A stretch of 64,000 nt of DNA, from NCBI RefSeq assembly GCF_009914755.1, contig NC_060936.1; one strand, given 5' to 3'. Both the position numbers and the translations under genes were made by a program. The notes under the pieces are model-generated. The model did not search any database, was not told the origin of the DNA, and worked only from the letters and a program-made list of their open reading frames with translations. Source of the stretch: the human T2T-CHM13v2.0 reference genome, Homo sapiens. Positions 56,038 to 64,000 of the stretch are shown piece by piece. Every line of letters begins with the position of its first letter. Position 1 is the stretch's first letter.

Positions 56038-59000
56038 GTAAGTACTTCCCCACGTCACTCCGGGAGAGAGACTAAGAGGGGAAGGAAGGTTCGTCCAAGG
56101 CGAGGCTGGAGGCTCCTCGGCGCCCGCCTGCTCGTGGGGGAGGGGGGCGAGTTTGTCAAGGGCATCCTGGCCAGGCCTGTTAGGGCCCCCAGAGAAATGC
56201 ACGTGTCTCGGGGAGTAGCGTGCCGGCACTTTCTGGACCCGCAGAGAAATGGCTTCGAGTGCAACCCGGGAAAGCGCTGCTGCGCCGCAGCTTCCCAGTC
56301 CAGCGCTAGAAACATCGCAGGGCGAATTCCTGCAAATGCAGGCATTTGCGTGCGGAGTGGACATTTGTGACCCAGAGCCTGGTACCCAAAGGCAGGCTGC
56401 CATCTGGTCCCCGCCCCAACCGCCTCTCTGCGTCTAGTCGCATTCCACGAAAAGATGGTCTGTAGAAAGTTTCCCCAAAGGAGAAACAACTTGCCCAGCT
56501 CCAAAGGGTTTTTAGTCTGCATCCCTTGCACTGTGACGTGATGTAACCTTTTTGGGGTTTTTTCCTCTTTTCCTCCCTTCCTTCCTCCCTTCTTCCTTCC
56601 TTCCCTCCCTCCTTTCTTTTTATTTTCTTTCTTTTTTAACGGCGTGATTAAAATGTGGCAACCACAAACCCCGATTAGAGCTGCCAGAACGTTATCTTTA
56701 CCTTTGGCTGCCCGCGCCGCCCTTTGAAGTGCCCGCGGCCGCTGTGTAATCTTTAACCATCTCTTCCCCCGGGGAGGAAAGGGGAAGTGGGCTGAAGGCT
56801 GTTGGGCTGGTAAACAGCGGCACCGACACCCAAAGGGAGACCTGAAGCTCTCTATCATCCCTGGGGGATTCTCCCACCCCTTCTCTCCCCACTGCAACTT
56901 CCAAAGCCCTGAGGCGGCGGCTCATTGCGTAATTTTTTCTGTGGAAAACCCAGGCCCGAAGGTAACAGGTAGTTGGGTGAACGCGGTGACCCAGGAGGAA
57001 CCCTATTCTCGGAGACCAAGGCGACTACTCTCTCCACCCCCGTGCAAAGCATCTGGGGCTTCATTCCTTCCAGCAGAGAGGCCAGGTTCTAGGCCACTCT
57101 GGGAAACAGGTGCTCCTTACCACAAGGTGAAACATTTAGGTTTTAGATCAAGACATTGCAGCGAGCCCACCCCAAGCCCATGCAGTCCCAGTTTTCGGCT
57201 TCTCTGATGTACCTTGGCAGGAGAGAGTTGGGATGTTTGTGAACCAGTTCTTCCATCTGTTTAGTTGTTTTCTGGAGGGAAGAAACATGAAGAGGCTTGC
57301 ACAACATTTTCCACTAGGTAGTGATTCTTTTTCTGGAGACAGAGTGAGGAAGAAAAAAACATCTTTTACTTGCTTTAATATTGTCTTTAAAGAAAGGTAC
57401 CATTCTGCTAGATTTTAGGATTGGTAGATGGCAGGTCGCCTCCTCCTCTACCATAAAGCTATTTTGACTGCTTTTTCTTTTTTACCTGAAAGAATGTTAA
57501 AACTGTTTCCCCACCAGGTTTCCCTTCAATTGCACTCGTGCATGTGGTAGTGATATCGTTCCAGGAATGGAAATCTCTCCTAAATGATCACGCTCTCAGA
57601 ATTCACATTTCCTCCTCCTGAACAGCTATCTCTACTACAAAGCAGAATACTCATCCCCAACCACTCTAGTTTAACTGCTAAAGTCAGTGTTGCAAGGATC
57701 CCGCGCTCTCCAATGCAGTGAATTTCTGAGACCAGTTTGGCAATTTTGCTTGGCAGCCTATAACTCCTCTTCCCCATCACCCTGAAGAAGTTTGACTGTA
57801 TGCAAGGGAGGTGTGCAGTACCCCCAGACACTTAACTTACTATTTAAATCATACATTCATTATAAAATATGTTTAAGGATACAGAAAATAAGCTTATGAA
57901 TAGTTCCAGATTGCTTGCTTCTCTCACTTGAAAGAACAAACATTTGTTAGGCTTCCGTTACTAAAAGTTGGCATAAAATTCTGCTTTAAACCATTTCCCA
58001 CATACCTCAAATGCATTTAACTGTGTCCTCCATGTGCTCAGGGGAACTTACTGCCACCTACTGCCAATGTTCCCTATCTATCTATAGATAGAACAATCTA
58101 TCTATCTATATTATAGATAACCTCTTGAAGTTAAGATACTATTAGGAAATTAAGTGCCATATTATTCTCATGTGATGACAGCCTGTACCCTGGCCTAAGA
58201 AGACATTTTCCCAGTGCCCTGTGAAATATTAAACTCAGAGTATCTGTAAAAAGTGATACAGTAAATGTTAAATACTTATTTCTAATGCAACACAGTTCAG
58301 GGAATATGAGTGCTGAATATAGAAGTCAGTCCTGAAGTAAATAAGCAATGTGGTGTTCTTTATAATGTGTGATTTCATAATTTGGTGTCCCTATATACTA
58401 AAAAATGCCAGGGCCCATGGGATGCCCTTTGAGCAGGTATTGAGGGTTTGGGGGCTTTGTTGGTTTCTTACAACCAGAGGAACGCTGTGCAGACATTAAG
58501 GGTAGATGATGCCCTCTTTTGGTTACACCTAGTATTCTCTGACCATTTCTGTCTTCACTTGTGCAGCCAAAACATAAAAGAGGAATTTTGATTTATTCAT
58601 ATTCAAATAAATGAGTATGTGTTCTACTGATTTTCTTATTTGAAGGAATAACTTCCCTTTGATGTTGAAAGGGAACACAAAGTTATAGCTCCACTCCACT
58701 GGGGCCCAGTAGAAATTAAGCCTTGATGAAAAAGTTGCAGTGTACCAAGACTGATGTGGTAAAAAGCCAGAACTACTATCTTTTATTATTTGTAAGAGGT
58801 TATCATCATTTATTTAGTCAAAATGTTATCACCCAATCCCCTTCAAAAAAAGAACAAGCATTTCCTTTTCTTCAAACAGATTGATGATGGCAAGTTCCAG
58901 CTGTACACATTTGGCAAGTAGCTGTACACATTTACCACAATCTGAGAGCTGGCTAGTCAGACTTGTAGGTAAAGAAAGTTTCCTACATCTCTTCACAGAA

Positions 59001-62000
59001 TGCAAACACTATTTATGTGCCATTTTGTAATCTTTTTTTCCCAGAAAAGCAAAATTTTAAGCCAGTGCAAATATTAATATTGATTCTCTTTTCTTACTGA
59101 GCTGCCTTCCACAGTAGGTCTTTAACTGGACCAATAAACCGAGTGAAAACGCTGGAAAAATCTCAGTCTTCATCTCTTCTCTCCCCCTGCTGCCCCAGCA
59201 AGTGGTTATGGGCTCTGATTTTACTAACAGGGGCTAATAAAGTTTACTTAGCAGAAAATAAGGAACGCACCAAGGTTGAGATATAAAAGCAGACAATAAT
59301 GGTTTACAACATTTAATACCAGTTGTGATCTGTCCTAAATAAAGTAGTTCTAACATCTAATCTTAGTATAGGTAAGTTATTTTAATGCATCAAATGTGGA
59401 CATTTTTATTAATAGGGTCTTAAAAGTAAACTCCTCTCTGCTACTTTGATGTGTCTGTCTAGTTAGTGTGACATTCAGATAGAAAACTGAATCCTAATGA
59501 AGATCCTAATATAATAAATATACTTTTCTTTATTGGTCCAGAACAGCTATTTTATTTTAAAAAGAAAACTGAATTTTTCTTTGCTGTTCCTTAAAGGCAT
59601 TCACATTTCATCCACAAGCAAATGTATGTTATATAAACCAAAGGGACCAAGAGAAAAGATTTTTTTTTTTAATTATATGTAGTTTGGTTACTTTTTCATA
59701 TGTAACTTTGAAACAAAATTTAATTTTACACATAACTCCTAAAACTAATGTTAATAAGAATGGAACAAAAGCCACAATTAGTTAAATCAGGCACCGCCTT
59801 AATATCATAAATGTGTTTTAAGTGTTTAAGATGCAGTTTCAAGATGAAAGATCCTTTTTAGGATCTTCTTTGAAAATGAGTTAATATAGTTCTGCTTCTC
59901 TTATCTTAAATAAAAGAAAATGTACTTTAGAAATGATTACAAAAATAGTAACTCTTATAACAGCCTTAACATTTAGATCAATTACAAACATTATACAGTT
60001 TGCTCTAAAATGTACTTTTAGAATTGTTTAAAATATAATGATGCCAGTAAATTTTCTTCATTTTAATGAAGTTCTTTCTTTTTCTCCAGGATTCCTGGGG
60101 ATTTTTTCCATAGTGTTTTTGTTATAGGGTGAATTATTAAAACTAACTGATAATTAGTCTAAGTAATTTTTTAAAGTAGTGAGCTCATTCAAACAATTTT
60201 GTGGCATAAATTTAAAATAAATATTTACTGAATATATTTAACATATGCATGGCAGAGTTGGTGTGACAAGAATGAATTTTTACATATAATAAACATGATC
60301 TTCAGTTTTTTTCTTTCTTCCTTATGCATTTTCCTCAAAGTAAAGGAGTTCTGATGTAGCAACAAAAGGTAGCAATCATAAATGAGTTAGAAGATCGGAA
60401 TCAAGAAATAGCCTGTGTAGTTAAACAACATCATGTTTTGATAATAGACCAGTCACACTTGGGTGTGTTTAAAGAAGTTTAGAAACACAAAACTGGTCTA
60501 TGATTTCTGAGAGTTAAGTATTTTATCTGAACTATTTTATTGTTTTCAGTTTTCAAAATATATATCTATCAAAGGCATAGAAATTTCAGACCAAACAATT
60601 AACCCAATAAAGCTATCAAAATTAAAGACATTATAGAATATTTATAATTTTATAACTGATACTTAATTTTGACTTACCTTAGCAAAGCATTTTTTTATAT
60701 TTCTTCTATCAAATTCATGGATTTAAGTCATTTTAGCTACAAATTTAAGTATGTTTCTGAATGATCTAAATCACAGGCCATAAGACAGAAATGAAAAACA
60801 GTAGTGGGTTGTCCAATGAGCAATTTTGTGAAGTAATGTTTTTGTTTGGTTCAGTTATTATGCAAATTTAGAATAAAGCTAAATGGCACATTTTCTTGTA
60901 AACACTTCCTCAATAGATACTTCTGGTAAACTGAAGTCTTCATGAGAAGACAAATTCCTTCCTATAAGATTCAAATTCCTCACTCCAGTTGCAATATTTT
61001 CCTTTATAGAGCCTCATTTTGTAGTAGAGAGATGAATCAGACTGGCACTAAAGCCACAACTGGTATATTACAAATAAAACAAAATGAGCTGAGTATCTAG
61101 TCCTGTTGCTATTTTTGATGTATCTTGGTAGAATTTCACTTGTTAAATCGGCCCATGAGTTCTAGCCCACTGCAACTCTTTCATTCCCAGATCTGTCAGC
61201 TTTAATCCACACTTTAATTTAACCATTGTAAATAACCAACTACATGCCCAATTTCACCTATGGAACTCTATGCCAAAAGGAGACATTTCATAGTCTATAA
61301 TGTGGAATTTTTAATTAAATTCTCATAATTCAAAACTGATTTTGTTATCCATAAGTTATATGGTGGGAAGCAGGTCCGTTCCTAAAATCTGTGGCATTTT
61401 TCTGTTTAATGGATTAAGCCCAATGGGAATGCCTGGCTTGAAACTGGAACGGAGAAAAACGTTAGTCATTTGATTTCAAGAAATGGAATAATGTATCTAG
61501 TGGTAATGCTAAAAGGCTCTTAACAGGATGTTAGCATTAGTGGAAAACTATTCAAAAGATGTTTCATAAGCAGAAGTGCTTCCGTATATCCTCATGTATT
61601 ACTTCTCTTTTTAATGTTTAAGTCTGGAATTGGAGACGCTGAGATTTACTTGGAGAGTATGCAAAGGAACCAACTCCTGACCGTGTAAACAACTTCCTGA
61701 AAGTCAGATGGAATAACACCCTAGGGTTTCATGGTGGGCTCTTTCCTTCAGGGCTTATTCTTCTTCTTTGGCTGTGAGCTCCTCCAGGGTAGGGCATTTT
61801 CCACTTTATACCCCAAGTGCCCATACCAATGCCTGGCTCTTAAGGGAGTTCAGTAAATACCAGTAATGTTGAATTGAGTAGAATTGGCTGAACCAGCTGC
61901 TGAAATCCCAGTGGCTAATAGGAGTCAGAGAAAGACAGGTGAGAACTACTAGTCCGCAAGTACAAACAACACAAGGCCACTGGCCACAATTATTGTCCAG

Positions 62001-63826
62001 CCCCATTTGAAATACAGCTGAATTGTGTTCAGTTTAAATGATGCAATGAGTTGTTTATTTTAACACATGCCATGATTTACATGTATAAATTACTTTATTA
62101 TTGTAATAGCAATAGTCATAATAACTGATAGTTGTATTGTGTTTCCTAAGTGTTCGGCACTAAATACTTCACTCAGTCATAGGCCCCACAAAGATACTAA
62201 ATACTTTACTCAGTCAATACCCCCCTTGTGGTGGGGCAACTTGTGACGTTAGGAATGATAATAGTACCTCTTATTAGGTAAGCTTACTGTAAGCTTATTT
62301 CAAGTATTTCCATTGCTCAAAATATTTTTGGATTTCCTTTGAAGTTATCTTCAGGGCCAGTTTACAGCAACCCAAGAAAACAGGCTTTCCAATTTATACT
62401 TATGCCTTGTAATCATTTTAATTGGTGCTGAAATGTTTTGGCCCATTTTTCTTTTCAGGAACACAATTTATGAAGCCCTAATACCAGAAATATTTTTTCA
62501 GGGAATTCCAGAGCAAAATGCAGTTTTCAATTTTCCAATAATGTGAGCATTACATTATATAGTTTAGGGCCAATATTACAAATTTAGTAGACATCTTTTT
62601 ATATATCCATTTTCTTACTACCACAGAAACAATTTTTCTTGTCTTCAAATCAGAGATAAGTTGCAGTAGCTGCCAGAGTATTGTGAAGAGGGATCAATAG
62701 ATTAGTAACCACCTAGGCAAGAATAAAACTTTTTTCCTATAACCAGATCTATGTGTCAAATTAAGTAGCTGCATTCTTTGGAACTATTTCTCAGTTCAGA
62801 CAGACATGAACTTTCTTAACAGGCAAATTCTATTTGAGCTTGTATTCACCTTTAAAATGGATGAGATGCGATACATTGTTGTCACGAAGGTATCAGAATG
62901 TTATTCATTTGATTCACAATAGAAAATTGTTTCAAAGTTTTATCAAATCCCCCAACATATTTTTAAACTTTGCATGCTTTGACAATTAGTGATACAGACT
63001 TATGTGTCAATTAGAAATCTGCATAAGTCATAGAAAAGTCCCCTCCTTCAAATAATGAAAAACCTTTTCTGAACTATGCATTTAATTTCCTCAGTCCCTT
63101 GATTCAGCTTATTAACCTGATATACATTAATCATTTATTGTATTACAAAGTCAACAGAAAAAACAGTACTGATGTTTAGAAAAATTAGGATATGTTTGGG
63201 GTACAGTCTCTAGAATGTTTTAAAATAGTACTCTCATACTCCAGCTTTTTACTGACTTAACAATTTATTCAACAATCTCTAATTTTCAAATGTCCTATTT
63301 TTTCTATATGCACATTTTCCACACACTCATTTTATCCTTCTTGCCTTCAGAAGGAGTGTTTGCTTCTTCTTCAAACAAGGACTGTGATGGCCAAGGGGGA
63401 AGAAAGTGTCTCGTGCACACTAATACACACACCAACAAGAAACAATTCCCTTTGTGCCACTTGCTTGGCAGAAATGATACAAACATTGGCAGGGCATAGC
63501 CGTGAAGGGCCGACCCTTTACAAGGGAGAGACTGTGGAACTGGCTGCTTGAAGGCACCTTCAGTTCGGTTCAGAAACTGAAATGCAGAAGACAATCGTCC
63601 TGGCAAAGGGAGCCCAACTCCAGCTGAGAACGCGTGCATGGAGCTGACCTCCCTCCTCAGCCTGCCAGGCGAAATTAAGCTTTCCTCAAGTGGTCCCTTG
63701 TTAGCCTGTCCTTTTTTCCGTGTTGCTCATCTTTCACAACTAGAAGCCAAGTGTTTCAAACTGTTCCTCAGTTTGCAGCCAAATTCCTTTATTTCCCCCT
63801 TCCTCCTCGTCTCCCTCACACACACA

Positions 63827-63864
<38 letters not shown>

Positions 63865-64000
63865 GTGGTGACTAACCTTACATGCGTGCCTTCTTTTCAA
63901 AGCCTACACTGAGAAAATAACCTTAGAATTTTTAAGTTTCACTGAAACACTGGTAAATACTTTTGTTCTCCTTTTTTCTTGAAACCTTGATTAAGTGGAG
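56038..64000 (+). other. LGR5: LGR5 intron 1 (5' part)
   Basis: Starts with GTAAGT; no LRR-coding exon 2 recognisable in the rest of the window. Confidence 0.9.
63817..63860. repeat. (CA)n microsatellite in LGR5 intron 1
   Basis: Directly visible, one interruption. Confidence 0.95.

Larger units (their letters stand above)
55150..56950. promoter_or_regulatory. CpG island spanning the LGR5 promoter, exon 1 and start of intron 1
   Basis: Sharp rise in GC content and CpG density (CGCG, GCGC, NotI site GCGGCCGC at 56735) against a CpG-depleted AT-rich background; limits estimated by eye. Confidence 0.9.

Noticed and set aside
55334-56897. Long antisense ORFs (239 aa at 55334-56053, 280 aa at 56055-56897) and alternative-frame 197-aa ORF
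   Set aside because: Non-ATG starts, GC-rich CpG island where stops are scarce, low-complexity translations, no recognisable domain
56038-64000. Overall enrichment of TCF core motifs in intron 1 (about eleven WWCAAAG matches seen)
   Set aside because: A rough estimate for AT-rich DNA gives around seven by chance in 8 kb, so the count alone is not persuasive; only sites with extra context were reported

Overview
Human genomic DNA (a human-specific AluYb8 fragment is present) covering about 55 kb upstream of LGR5, the LGR5 CpG-island promoter, coding exon 1 (ATG 55826, GT donor 56038; signal peptide plus LRRNT) and the first ~8 kb of intron 1, all on the + strand. The upstream 54 kb is dominated by nested transposon fossils: three long + strand L1s (L1MA-like and two L1PB-like), Alus, L2/MIR fragments, MLT1D, a THE1B solo LTR, MER52, MER46C, MER1B and a complete two-LTR THE1D provirus ~2 kb upstream of the LGR5 promoter. 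Nearly all ORF-track entries other than LGR5 exon 1 are repeat-derived or GC-rich noise. I see no convincing new gene system. The best leads are: a 72-nt fold-back hairpin created inside an L1; a CTCF site with its upstream module; TCF/LEF sites in intron 1 (one with a C-clamp helper motif, one as an inverted pair); an in-frame uORF separated from the LGR5 CDS by a single TGA; candidate antisense exons across the promoter; DUX-type motifs in the THE1 LTRs; a trimeric Alu; and several recent micro-duplications. Repeat subfamily calls are from memory of consensus sequences and old-repeat boundaries are approximate.
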